In this document: positions 12,161 through 26,310 of the stretch, one piece after another
Layout of the letters: the number at the start of each line of letters is the position of its first letter
Position numbering within the stretch: position 1 is the stretch's first letter
Origin: Octopus sinensis
Lineage: Eukaryota
Assembly (NCBI RefSeq): GCF_006345805.1
Contig: NC_042999.1
Span: 55,862,001 to 55,926,000, forward strand
DNA: 64,000 nucleotides
Direction of reading: 5' to 3'
Translations under genes and position numbers: made by a program
Notes under the pieces: model-generated
Databases searched by the model: none
What the model saw: the letters and a program-made list of their open reading frames with translations, nothing else
Told to the model about the DNA's origin: nothing

Positions 12161-13071
12161 TTGTTAGCAAAATATTGCAAAAATTTTGACCCAACACAAT
12201 ATATGGATACACTCACATTCCGTCTAGTAAGAAATTATTTGCTGTTATTGAGAACCTGTGTAGAGGATTCTCTAAATTCTGGGTAGTAGTGTTACTACAT
12301 TTCTGTGTAACTGATATCTTTGGATAATTCCAAACTAAGAATTTTCCTATTTCTATCATGAATATTTTAAAAATCTATTGATTCCAAAACTGGTATATTT
12401 AAAGTTTATCCAATGCTGTGTCAAGTTCAGTAATTACTTGATTCCATAGAATCCATTGTCAATGTTTTTTGCATTTTTTTCTTTTGATTTGATTAATCAA
12501 ATGTTTTTTATTGTTTTATTGATAAATACACTAAAAGCTGTAACATATAACAAAATGTGATTCGGTGAACTTTATGGCTTAGAAAACGATTCAGTGCTTC
12601 CTTAAGGTAAATGTCACCAAAATCAATATCATCACAAGATGTCAAGTGGGAACACATGAGAAGAATAACTAAATATATAAAGTTTGTTATTGAACTTTGT
12701 AATTTCCATTGGACCGTAAAAATATTGCTGGCCTTGAGAAATTGAAACTCACCATAATGCAGCAGAAACAGTGAAAAGAAAACAAATTCAACAATTGGAA
12801 AAAGTAAAAATTAAGGAAATATCAATGAGATTTCATATCATTTCATTTCTGCTAAAATGTCATTGTGTTAAGTTTAAGTAAAATAGAGATTATATAAACA
12901 ATATCAACATTGGCAATGATGACAGCAATATTGATAACTTAAGTGACATAGTATATAAACAAGAATGACAACAACAATGATGACAACAATATTTAGAGTA
13001 GATAAACAATAACAACAAGAACAGCAACAACAACAACAAAGTGGCATAGAAAGTATATAAACATATATATA

Positions 13072-14155
<1,084 letters not shown>

Positions 14156-14269
14156 AATAGGGTATATAATCAAAAACAGCAACATTAAAAACAACTACAA
14201 TGACAACAAGAACAGCAAAAATGATAATGACCACATTGGCAGTAACACAGGGAGTATATAGACATAGTG

Positions 14270-14476
14270 TATACTCTTTTACTTGTTTCAGTCATTTGAC
14301 TGTGGCCATGCTGGAGCACCATCCTTAGTCGAGCAAATAGACCCCAGGACAAATTCTTTGTAAGCCCAGTACTTATTCTATCAGTCTCTTTTGCCAAACC
14401 GCTAAGTTATGGGAACATGTAAACACACCAGCATTGGTTGTCAAGCGATGTTGAGGGGACAAACACAGACACACAA

Positions 14477-14553
<77 letters not shown>

Positions 14554-14720
14554 TATGACAGGCTTCTTTCAGTTTCCATCTACCAAATCCATTCTCAAGG
14601 CTTTGGTCGGCCTGAGGCTATAGTAGAAGACACTTGCCCAAGGTGTCATGCAGTGGGACTGAACGAGGAATCATGTGGTTGGTAAGCAAGCTACTTACCA
14701 CACAGCCACTCCTGCGCCTA
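14270..14720 (-). mobile_element. CORE-type SINE family B
   Basis: Reverse complement of the family B head, CORE, microsatellite and tail. Confidence 0.85.
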
Positions 14721-16304
14721 TACAACTCCTGTTGTATATAAACAACAACAACCTTAAGTAATACAACACAGAGGGTATATAAACATAGAGTATATAATAA
14801 ACATCAACAATAATGATGGCAATAACTAGAACAATAATTTCTACTTTGGGTACAAAACCTGAAATTTAGAGAAGAGGGTTAGTCAGTTATATTGGTTTCA
14901 AATTTTGGCTCAAGGCCAGAAATTTCAGGGGAGGGGATATGTTGGTTATATAAATCCCCAGCAATCAACTGGTACTTATTTTATTGACCCCAAAATGATG
15001 AAAAACAAAGTTGAGCTCAGTGGAATTTGAACTCCGATCATAAAGCTGAAAGAAATGTAGCTATGCAAATTTTCCAGCATGTTAACAATTCTTTCTGCTC
15101 ATTGTCTTTGACTGCAATGATAGCATCAATGATGACAACAGCAATAACAATAACAAATGTATATTTACCAGATGGAGTTTACTTGCATACGTCATCACCA
15201 TCATCATTTAACGTCCATGTTCCATGCTAGCATGGGTGGGATGGTACCACAAGAGCTGGCCAAGGCCGAAGCCTGCATCAGACTTCTGTGACTGTTTTGG
15301 CAGGAGTTTTACAGCTGGTTGCCCTTCCTAGCACCAACCATAATGGTGAAATCTTCACTTTGTTAATATTAATTCTACATCACAAACTGGAGATCTATAA
15401 TGGAATCACACAGTCTACGATTTGAAAATAGCTTCCATATTCAGAAACAGATGGGAAGTAATTGATCAAATATGTAGTTAAAGTTGGAGATGAAATGCAA
15501 TAGAAAACACAGAAATATGAAAAAGAGGAAATAAATGTTTAACCTTTTAATCAGAGTAGGGATTAAAGAATGCAATCCAAGTTAAACTACATTTTACAAA
15601 AAGGAAATTGTGATGTGGTTTGTAATTGGAAATCTTCAGTAAGATTAAATGGGTAGCTAACATTTTGTAACCCTTAATCAGCAAGGGAAGAGCAGCACCA
15701 ATGACATTTATTTTCTTCTGGGCCTCCAAGAATGGTAGGTTAAAGACTGGAAATTATTTCAAACAAAAACCTGACCTGAATGCCATAAAAAAGTGAACTC
15801 CATTGAAGGCATTCAAGAGCCAGGTGTTGATGTTGAACCAAACAATGTAATAAGTCTACCATCCAAAACATTGCTTCAAATAAATTCAAAACATGAGAGT
15901 ATTAACTTTATACAATCCAACCAGCAATGAAACAATATGACCACAAGTAAAGACAATGTCTAATTTCTGGAAGTTTCTACTGCTTTCTTCTCTTCTCCCT
16001 TTCCCAGACTTTCCATTTCTTCCAGTCAAAAGGCCAGCAGGTAGTTTTTACTACCACATCTATAACAACTAAGTCTTTTGCCCTGCACTGTTAGTCTCAT
16101 ATGTCCTTTGTCTTGGTGGTTCCAACTAGGTATAGTTCAGGTATGATATTATGACTTTCAAAGTCATTAGAAATTGCAAGTACACTCTGACCTCTTCTGC
16201 CCACATATCACTTCTCATCACTCCTATGTTAATCATCTACCCATACTGCAATACAATTGTATGACCAAATAGGTTTGTCTCACTATTTCAGCCCATATTT
16301 CTTT

Positions 16305-16335
<31 letters not shown>

Positions 16336-16745
16336 TTGGTGAGTTCTTCATCCTGAAAATATAGCTGACAGTCCCATAAGTTTTTTTTCCCAATCAAGAG
16401 AATTTCTCCAGATATTTTGTGGAGTGCCCCTTCTTCCACCAGGTGTTTTGAAGATATGTGGAAGCCCTTGTCTTTGTTCTTAAAGCAAAATCGGGTTGGG
16501 TTTCTCTTTACTCTCCCTTAGATTAGCTTCTTGGGCAAACAAACGCTGTCTAGTTTTGCACAATTCTCCTTTGATTCTTTTTTCCAGGGGCTTTGTCAAA
16601 TCTAAAACTTCTGCTTGTGTAATGAGAGAGATAAAACTGGCTCCTTTAGCACTGTTGTTATATTTATTATCCTTCCCAACATAACTATTGTCTGTGTGTC
16701 AGTGTTGTTATGGTTATTTTTACCACAAACACACTGGCTGTGATA

Positions 16746-17140
16746 GGCGCAGGAATGGCTGTGTGGTAAGAAGCTTGCTTCCCAACCACATGGTTGCAGG
16801 TTCAGTCCCACTGCATAGTGCCTTGGGCAAATGTCTTTTACTATTGACTTGGGCCAACCAAAGCCTTGTAAGTGGATGTGGTAGATAGAAACTGAAAGAA
16901 GCCTGTCATATATATATATGTATATATAACTGTGTGTGTTTCTGTATTTTTCCTCCTATCACCACTTGACAACCGGTGTTGGTGTGTTTACATCCCTGTA
17001 ACTTTGTGGTCCCACAAAAGAAATCAATAGAATAAGTATCAGGCTTAAAAAATAAGCACTGGGTCAATTCATTCACCTAAAAATTCAGGGTTGTGCCTCA
17101 CCATATCTACAGTCTAATGTCTGAAACAGGTAAAAGATAA
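16746..17140 (+). mobile_element. CORE-type SINE family B
   Basis: aggcgcaggaatggctgtgtggtaag head through gtctaatgtctgaaacaggtaaaag end. Confidence 0.85.
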
Positions 17141-17804
17141 AATAATTTATTTTCCTACTAAATGTTCATTTTGTCGCGGAATTTATTTTTGTCTTGTTTT
17201 TGTTTGTTTTGTTATTTTATTTTTGTGTGGGCTTTTTTAATGCGAAAATGTCACCAAAATCTGAAAACAAAATATAAATTCTGTAAATATAATTCAAGGT
17301 ATTGAAGGTAGATCTTCACAAGTAACTAATTTTTATTGCAAATACCCAAAAAGAAAAAAATTGGTAATGCTTAAAATATGACATTGATTACACTTCATAG
17401 AACTGGGTAGGTGGGAGGATCATGTAAATGAAGGGACTGAATTCAACCAGGTATGTTAACTAGCTTATGGATTTGATTCACTAAAAAATTACCTTTTTCT
17501 TCTACCAATCACCAAACACTTTGTTATGAATAAATAACCTACCACTAGGTTAAAAATCATAAACAACTTAATACAGAGTTATTAATCTTTAGTAACACTA
17601 TTTTACTTGTTTCAATCATTTGACTGTGGCTATGCTGGAGCACCACCTTCAGTTGAACGAATCATCCCCAGGACTTATAATATCGGTCTCTTTTGCCAAA
17701 TCACTAAGTTACAGGGATGTAAACACACCAACATCGGTTGTCATGCTATGGTGAGAGGATAAATACAGATACACAAATACATACATACGTACATGTATGT
17801 ATAT

Positions 17805-17875
<71 letters not shown>

Positions 17876-17934
17876 TGTATGTATGTATGTATATATATAT
17901 ATATATATATGAAAAAACAAGTCAAAAAAATAGA

Positions 17935-19736
17935 AAATGCTAAAATAATTTTATAGTGAACATTTCAGTACCGGTTTCGGTCATTTTGAGACCTTTTCAA
18001 CTGTAACGATTAAATAATTAAATTTAGAAAAATTAGAAGAAACGTTTTTTTAAAGGAATATTTCTATAGTAGTGTTCAGATATAAGTGGCATTCTGCCTT
18101 TCTCTGACTCCCTTGTTTGCACTTGTGTGTTGGAGGTCGTTGTGAGTTCTTGGTAGGAGTAGTAGAGGAAGAAGGCTGATGAGGAAAGGGGGTGGGAGAA
18201 TCTGGGAGTGCCCTGATGTTCGTATTTTGAATGGTCAGTGGCGGCTGGCAGTCGCAGTTCAATTCAGGAGAATATTTCTATTGAAAGGCTTGTTTATAGA
18301 ATTTGCGTAGGTGTTATACTAAAAAACATTAGTGACAAAGTTAAGGGGTAGAAGGTGGAGAAGAAGAAGAAGAAGAAGAAGAAGAAGAAGAAGAAGAAGA
18401 TGACGATGTTGATGATGATGATGATGAAGAAGAAGAAGAAGGAGAAGGAGAAGATGACGATGATGGTGATGGTGGTGATGATTATGACGACGATGATGAT
18501 GATAATGATGATGATGAAGAAGAAGAGGAAGAAGAAGAAAAAAACAGAGAAGGGAGAATATGAATGGGTTAAAGTAGTGAGGTGTTGTATGATTTGAAGT
18601 TGGCATGTTATGGATTATAGCTGTGATTTTAGCTGTGATTAGTAATGGATTCTTTGGAATGTAATATTTGTGTGTGAATATTTCTTTTATTCTAAAGTTG
18701 AGGTATATTAATTGTTTGTCGTAGACCCGTTAAGAAGTGGCCTGTATTTTGCAATAAAGAGAGTTTCTTTACTTATTCGTTGTCTCGAGGTTGTATCGTC
18801 CCTAAATTGGTAGAGGGGGAAAATCCTGAAGCTTGGTGTTTTTTTGTTGGCGCAAGTATCTATGTGTTGGCTAAAAGCTATTTTTCTGTTTTGGGGAACT
18901 TTTATCTGGGATCTGTGCAGGGCCATTCATTTACGCAAACTATTTTTTGTTTGGCCTATGTACTGCTCTTGACACCCGGAGCAGGTTAGTGAGTATATTA
19001 GGTTCTCCGAAGCACATGTGAAGTTGCTTTTCACTGTAAACCGTTGTCCCTGTTTGAAGGAGAACTCTGATCCCTCAATTAGATAGTCGCATATCCCTCA
19101 ATTGGGTCTTCCACATTTTTTTACTGTCGGCTTCTGTGTTGAAGAGTGAATTCGGGCTTGTGTTAGGAGACTTTTCATGGATTTAGGCTGTCTCTTGCTT
19201 TTTATGATCGTGTGTGTTTGGAGGATTGTGTTCATTCTGTGGTCTTTTTTTAGGAGGGGTATGTTGTGGAGGATGGTGCCAAAGGCTTCGTTATTGAGAG
19301 GGTTGTGTGTGGAGATGTATGGCAAGGCTTTTGGTTGTAAGTTTTTCTTTGATTTGGGATGTCTCAGTTCCTTGATGTTAAGTTGAAGGGCACGTTGAAT
19401 GCACTTGTCAATAAGTGAAGGTGGATAGTTCCTGGTGATAAGGGTATCTTTTAGTTCTTGTAGTCGTGTGTCTCTGGTGTTTGCGTTCGAGACTATAGTG
19501 CATATCCTTTTTGCTAGGTTGAAGGGGATATTCATCCTGGTGTGTCTGGGATGGCATGAATTGAATGGAAGATATTGCTTAGAGTCTGTAGGCTTATAAT
19601 ATATGTCTGTTTCTATTATATTATTAGCTTTCTTAATGAGGATATCGAGGAAGGGGAGTTGTTGCTGGCTATATTCCATCGTGAATTGGATGTTTACGTC
19701 CAGTCCGTTTAAAATTTCCTGGAATTCTATGAGTTT

Positions 19737-19740
<4 letters not shown>
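17935..19740 (-). mobile_element. 5'-truncated Penelope-like element, Neptune-like (RT C-terminus, Cys linker, GIY-YIG endonuclease, 3' pLTR)
   Basis: One frame reads LNGLDVNIQFTME..LPFLDI..DIYYKPT..YLPFNSCHP..IPFNLAKRI..KCGRPN*GIC..FTC..NLIYSLTCSGC..YIGQT..LRK*MALH..HIDTC..KETLFIAKYRPLLN*, with in-frame stops at 19098-19100 and 18927-18929. Confidence 0.92.
17966..18003 (-). ncRNA. minimal hammerhead ribozyme with U3-A8 covariant core (GUA site)
   Basis: Minus strand: cag UUGAAAA ggtc-tcaaaat-gacc GAAA ccgg UA ctg. Stem I 3 bp, stem II 4 bp with G10.1-C11.1, palindromic loopless stem III accggt; located at the 3' end of the Neptune element on the same strand. Confidence 0.7.
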
Positions 19741-19773
<33 letters not shown>

Positions 19774-19808
19774 CATACATACATGCATACATATATATAT
19801 ATATATAT

Positions 19809-19920
19809 ATTTATTTTATAGAAGGAGCTTCTACAGGACTAGAACTGTTTCATTCATCTGAATGATTTCATCTGAATGAAACAGTTCTAGTCCTGTAGAA
19901 GCTCCTTCTATAAAATAAAT
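19809..19920. repeat. perfect 48-bp inverted repeat (16-nt spacer) made of a truncated hammerhead-bearing pLTR
   Basis: 19809-19856 is the exact reverse complement of 19873-19920; the arm matches 30870-30916 except at about one base. Confidence 0.95.
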
Positions 19921-19983
19921 TACTTTACTCTGCTATGTATTGAGTACCTTATTTACTGTGGTTAACCCCGACTCAACCCGGGA

Positions 19984-20022
<39 letters not shown>

Positions 20023-20835
20023 ACAATGGGCTTCTTTCAGTTTCTGTCTACCAAATCCACTCACAAGGCTTTTGTAGAAAACTTCTGCCTAAGGTGTCTT
20101 GCAGTGGGACTGAACCGTGAACCCTGTAGTTGGGAAGCAAGCTTCTTACCACACAGCCACTCCTGCGCCTATCACAGCCATTGTAATATTTTTTTTTTTC
20201 TTGTCTTTGATCAGTAAGTGTTATTTCCTATTTGCTTCTATCTAGAAATCAAAGGAAGTGACTGTTATTCTCTTCATACTTTGTCTTTTTTTTTTTTTTT
20301 TTTGAGCTGGACATCAATGTTTTGAAACTGACCTATTTTCCTTTACATTTCAGACAGACTCAGCACTGAGTTGCTGAAGCAGCAATATCATTATAGCTAA
20401 TATTCTGCTCAGTATCACAGATCTGCTTGTCATTTGCTTGACCATAACCACTTGAGCATGTCCATTCGTGGCTGACAATATGTACATCTCTGATTATGAG
20501 CAGTAGTAATGGGCTGGTGGGGGGGGGGGCATTATAGCCATGTGTTTAAAGGAATTCTTAGGGATTTGAATAACTCACCTCTGGAAACATGGGTGTTTCA
20601 TTCATTAGGAGTAGTGGGGTGAGGAAATCATTGCCATGTGTTGAGAAGGATTCTTTGGGGTTTGGATAAATATTGTAACAAAAGCAAAGTTTAAGGCAAT
20701 ATTAGCCGTTTTTCATACTCTCTAAGTGTAAGCCAATAAGAAATAACAGTTGCTACCCAGGGACAAAAATCATGTTACACAGTGTAATTTAATACTATTT
20801 GACAGCTATTAATTAACAATTTGTCTCTATTGTAG

Positions 20836-20960
20836 ATTCCGTCAAAAGTTAGCAGAGCTCCTACAAAGCAATAAGGTGCAGTACACAATTATATTTTTTG
20901 TGATCATTGATGGTCTTATAGTCATTCTTGAACTGCTAATTGACTTGGACATCATTAAAC
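20836..20960 (+). CDS. HVCN1: voltage-gated proton channel exon: S0-S1 (FRQKLAELLQSNKVQYTIIFFVIIDGLIVILELLIDLDIIK)
   Basis: tgtag acceptor and gtaagt donor; phase 2 to phase 1; matches human Hv1 VVLDALLVLAELILDLKII; Asp (D112-equivalent) codon at 20909-20911. Confidence 0.92.
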
Positions 20961-21589
20961 GTAAGTAGAAATAATTTAGTCCTTTAATTGATTTTTACAA
21001 CCTGAGAAGATCGTGTTCAAGAACTGTATATATTCCACCACATACAACTGTAACATATTCATCATCATCATCACCATCACCATCATCATCACCATCACCA
21101 TCATCATCACCATCACCATCATCATCATCATCGTCATCGTCATCGTCATCATCATCATCAACATCATCATCATCGTCGTCGTCATCGTCGTCGTCTTCAT
21201 CATCATCATCATCATCATCATCAATATCATCATTTTAGTCTCCACTTTTCCATGCTTGCATGGATTGGATGGAATTTGATAAGGTGGATATTCTACAGAC
21301 AAATGCTCTTCCTGTTGCTGTCACATGTTTCCAAGTAAAGTAACATTTCCCTATGACCAGACATACCTCGGAAGATTGGAACTGACAGACACTGCTTGCA
21401 TTATAATGACACATTTACAGCTATCATGACATGTCAGGGCAAGGAAACAGTAATATACACACACACACACACAAACACCATACATGCACACACGCACACG
21501 CACATGCATACATAAACATACATATATACATGCACACACACACACATACATGTGGAAGTTCCAGAATAATAGATTATTAAACCCTATTC

Positions 21590-22254
21590 TGGTATTGAGT
21601 ACTTCTTTTTATGGATGAGGAGATCTGTGTAAAGAAGTGCCACTCCCAAACAGTGGAAGGAATCCGGAGTAGAGGGAGACCCAGGAAGATATAGAATGAG
21701 GTGGTGAAGCTTGACCTTTGAACGTTGGGCCTCACAGACGCAATGACAAAGGACCAAGACCTCTGGAGATATGCTGTGACTGTGAAGGCCCGGCAAATAA
21801 AGTGAGTTCACAGCTGTAACCTACACAATTGTTGCATAACCAGTCCACTCAAAAGTACCTTGGATCATAGGGGGACGTGCTGTGCTTGAGGAGACCTATT
21901 GAGTCAAGTACATCAAAGCCAAAATCAAATGGAAATTGTAGTTGTGATCCCCATGCCAGTGGCACGTAAAAAGCATCATCTAAATGTGGTCAATGCCAGC
22001 GCCACCTTAACTGGCTTCCATGCCAGTGGCACATAAAAAGCACCTACCAATTGTGGTCGTTGCCAGCCCCCTCAGCCCCTGTGCTGGTGGCATGTAAAAA
22101 GCACCCACTACACTCTCGGGGTGGTTGGCATTAGGAAGGGCATCCAGCTGTAGAAACACTGCCAGATCAGACTGGAGCCTGGTGCAGCCCCTTGGCTTCC
22201 CAGACCCCAGTAAAACCGTCCAACCCATGCCACCATGGAAAACGGACATTAAAC

Positions 22255-22290
<36 letters not shown>
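21590..22290 (+). mobile_element. RTE 3' fragment with (GAT)n tail
   Basis: Encodes degenerate CVKKCHSQTVEGIRSRGRPRK..KDQDLWRYAV, followed by the 3' UTR and an aaacgatgatgat tail. Confidence 0.85.
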
Positions 22291-22633
22291 TATTAAACAA
22301 ACAATATCATTATTTTTGTTTTCATTCATAGGCAACATTTTACATGTATGGATTAATTCTTCACCTGCATTTCTCAAAAGTATTTCAAACATTTGTTCCA
22401 TTTATGCACACCACAATGCTTCAAGCAAATGGCAACTCTCTTTTACTTATATATATATTTCTAGTATGCAACTGATTATAGGCATATCTCTCTGAATCAC
22501 AATCTTATAAACTTATACACACCATTCTAGAATTCCATTCTCATATCTTAGTTTTGCCAATTCTACTTTGTCCTATTCTGTTTCTATTCTCTATTATTAT
22601 TGTCATCATCATCATCATCATCATCATTATTAC

Positions 22634-22681
<48 letters not shown>

Positions 22682-22744
22682 GATTATTATTAGTAGTAGT
22701 ATTATCACTATTACTATTATTATTGTTATTGTTATTATTATTAT

Positions 22745-23170
22745 TAAGGCAGCGAGTTGTCAGAATGATTAGCACACTGGGTGAAATGCTTAGCGGTACT
22801 TCACTCATCGCTATGTTCTGAGTTCAAATTCTGCCAAGGTCAATAAGTTAAGTACCAGTTGAATACTGGGGTCAATATAATCAACTTACTGCTCCCCCAA
22901 ATTTCAGGCCTTGTGCCTATAGTAAAAAGGATTACTATTATTATTACTATTATAATATTATTATGACAGTGAGCTCTCAGAATCATTAGCACACCAGGGA
23001 AAATGCTTAGTAGTATTTCATCTGCCTTCACGTTCTGAGTTCAAATTCCGCTGAGGTCGACTTTGCCTTTCATCCTTTCGGGGTCGATAAATTAAGTGCC
23101 AGTAAAACACTTGGGTTGATAAAATGAAACAGTCCCCTCCCCCTCAATTTTATTTTTATTATTATTATTG

Positions 23171-23237
<67 letters not shown>

Positions 23238-23515
23238 CATTATTATTATCATCATCATTATCATTATTATTATTATTAATATTATTACAATATTATTATT
23301 ATGGCAATAAACTGGCAGAATTGTTAGCACACCAGGCAAAATGCTTAGTGGTATTTTATCTCTCTTCATATTCTGAGTTCAAATTCCACTGGGGTCAACT
23401 TTGCTTTTTGTTCTTTGGGGTCGATAAATAAGCATCAGTCAAGTACTGGGGTTGATGTAATCAACTATCCCCCTTCCCCAAATTTCAGGCCTTGTGCCTA
23501 TAGTAGAAAAGATTA
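22745..23515 (+). mobile_element. three head-to-tail family A SINEs separated by (ATT)n tails
   Basis: Heads at about 22745, 22968 and 23305, each with B-box gagttcaaatt; the intervening tracts are (att)n. Confidence 0.8.
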
Positions 23516-23521
23516 TTATTA

Positions 23522-23573
<52 letters not shown>

Positions 23574-25022
23574 GTGAGAACATATGGCCTAATGGTTAGA
23601 GCATTGTAGTCATGATCACGAGATTGTGTTTTCAGTTCCTAGACTGAGTGGTGTGTTGTGTTCTTGAGCAAAACACTTCATCTTGCGATCTCTTCAATGC
23701 CTGATGCATGGTACACTGTGCACCCGTTCAGGCTACACTGATTTGATGGGGGGAGTGAGGTAATGTACAACACATATATTCAATCACTATAAACAAATCA
23801 TTTGTGCAGGTTATTTGGCAAAAAGGCTCAATATTTATTCATACGTTGTCTTCAACAGGAAAATCCATCATTATTATTATTAACAGTGTTTTGGGGGGTT
23901 TTTTCTGTAAATAACTGTTTAAAACTTTGGCTCAGGGCCAGCAATTTTGAAAGGAGAGAAGCAAATCAATTACATTGACTTCAGTATTCAACTGGCATAT
24001 TTTATTGATCTTGAAAGGATGAAAGGCAAAGTCAGCCTCAGTACTTGAACTCTGAATGCAAAGCCAGAAAAAATGCAGCCAAGCACCCTGTCTGGTACCT
24101 CTCTTACCTCTCAAACCTAGCATAAGCCACCTCCCTCAATACTACGCCCCACTCTATCACAGTGTCTAGTCTTACAAGCTGCTTGGCAACCTGAATAGTG
24201 TTGGTGACATGAAAAAGCATCTAGTACACTTTGTAGAGTAGTTGATGTTAGGATGGGCATCCAGCTATAGAAACCATGCCAAAACTGACATTGGAACTTG
24301 AAACAGGCTTCTGACCTGTCAGGTTCTGTCAAATCATCAAACCCATACCAACATGGAATACAAATGTTCAATAATGGTAAGGATGATGATGACAGTAATG
24401 ATGGTGGTGGTGGTGGTGGTGTGGGAGTGATGGCAGCGGTAGTGGTGGTGATTATTCTTTGGAGAATTTTCATTTGTTAATTAAAATATCTCTTCCCAGT
24501 ATTTATTGCTCCATAATAAATTACTCTGGTAATGTTACATAATACTGGAAAAGTATTGCCAAAATGTAAATGCTGAAAATTTTGTTCATAAGCTCTAACA
24601 TGTGTTCTGGTTGGATCTGATATCTCTATTAATGGCATATGGATTCTATCCTGTATGGAATCTGAAAGTGGTGAGCTGGAAGAATAGTTAGTATATTGAA
24701 CAAAAAGCTTAGTTGCATTTCTTCTGGCTCTTTACATTGTGGGTTCAAATCCTGCTGAGGTCAACTTTGCCTTTCATCCCTTCAGTTGATAAAATAAAGT
24801 ACCAGTCAAGTATATGGGTCAATGTAAACAACTTGCTCCATCCATTAAAAACTGCTAACCTTGTGTCTAAAGTAGAATGAATAATTAATGGATGCTGTTA
24901 TGTAGGAATCTAATGCTGATATAACATATTAGAAACAGTTCAATTAACAACAAATATAATTGCATTTTGTTTTAATTTTAATTTACTTTATATTTGATAT
25001 TTTCTGTCTTTAATAGTTTCAG

Positions 25023-25429
25023 ATAAGCCACATGGTCATGTAGAATCCCATGAAGTGGAATCACATGGGAGTCCCCATGACTCTCAAGACTCAACTACTC
25101 TCCTCTCTATATTATCCAACGAAGATGATTTCAATGAAGACCACCAAGTGGTGTATCACAGAGGACATCATAATCCAGCTCTGGTGAAAACACATGGCCG
25201 ACATCATAACTATCACGATGAACATTCTATGGTCACTCAAGCTATTACAACTTTGAGTCATATCTTGCTAAATAGTACGAGTGACTATGAAGGGGATGAC
25301 AACAACAGCATCTCTCATGGAGAGGATCATGGTCATGGAGGAGGGCACCATGGCCATTCCGACAAAGAAATTGCAGAACATACCCTCCATTATGCTAGCC
25401 TTGCTATCCTGTGTATCTTTCTTGTTGAG
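25023..25429 (+). CDS. HVCN1: Hv exon: ~116-aa His-rich S1-S2 loop plus S2 (..IAEHTLHYASLAILCIFLVE)
   Basis: Acceptor tttcag at 25021-22 (alternative in-frame tag at 25015-16); donor gtaagc at 25430; phase 1 to phase 0; the end matches human VFHYMSITILVFFMME. Confidence 0.9.
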
Positions 25430-26111
25430 GTAAGCATGTTTTCCTGCTATACTTTCCAATCTCAGCAAGAGGTGATTAAGAATATGAGGAAAAAGTAATT
25501 CTTTCAACAAGTTCCTTTTGTACAAAGTCAATATTTCAGTTTCTCTTTCCTCAAGAATTGGTACCATTCTTCATGGGTCGTTAGATTTGTTAACAATGAT
25601 TAGAACCATTCAAATTCTCAGAACTATAGTACTATTCTTAAGAACAAAAATGTATTTGTTTATTTATGTTTGTGAAAAGTGTAACAGAAATAATTGTCTA
25701 ATTCTGGCATCAATTTCATTAGGTTAGAAGGGATTTGGAATTTATATCTTTATACCTTATCTTCATTGGTGTTCAAATTGCAATTGTATGTGGGCACTAG
25801 AATGTAGCCTGAGGGGAAAGAGCAGTAGGGTGCCCTAAAACCACATGGCAAAGGGCAATTGACAAGGAAAGGAGATGAGAAGGGTAGAGAAACTGGAATT
25901 AGATCAGAACAATGGCAGAAGGCAGAGCTGGTTGGAGAGATTATGTTGTGGCTTTATGTGCCCCATGGCACAGAGAGAATTAACTAACCATAAGTCACTC
26001 TATTCTATTCTTAATTTTAATTGAAAGAAAAGGGTGATAATTATACACAGGATATATGAATATGAAAGGAAAAATTTGTACCAAGATTTAACATAAAATT
26101 AGGAGTGCAAC

Positions 26112-26310
26112 ACATACATGAGTGCAACTTATACATGAGTGTGACTTATACATCAGTACAGCTTATACATGAGCATGACTTATACATGAGTGTGACTTAT
26201 ACATGAGTGCAACTTATACATGAATGCAAATTATACAGGAGTGTAACTTGCACATTAGTGTGACTGATACACATGCAGGATTTATACATGAGTGTGACTC
26301 ATACATGACT
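26112..26310. repeat. 17-bp minisatellite (ttatacatgagtgtgac), ~11 copies
   Basis: Seen directly in the sequence. Confidence 0.85.

Larger units (their letters stand above)
17600..20170 (-). mobile_element. family B SINE split by a Penelope insertion (3' half ~17600-17790, 5' half ~20020-20170)
   Basis: Both halves are on the minus strand and complementary in coverage; they are separated at the internal (AT)n by the Penelope block. Confidence 0.75.

Noticed and set aside
17401-17450. 50-bp segment with plausible AG and GT ends upstream of the S1 exon
   Set aside because: The phase-compatible frame contains a TAA stop.
18319-18606. Poly-K/M/H/L ORFs (also 20976-21302, 22554-23431)
   Set aside because: Trinucleotide repeats (GAA, GAT, CAT, ATT) in transposon UTRs or SINE tails.
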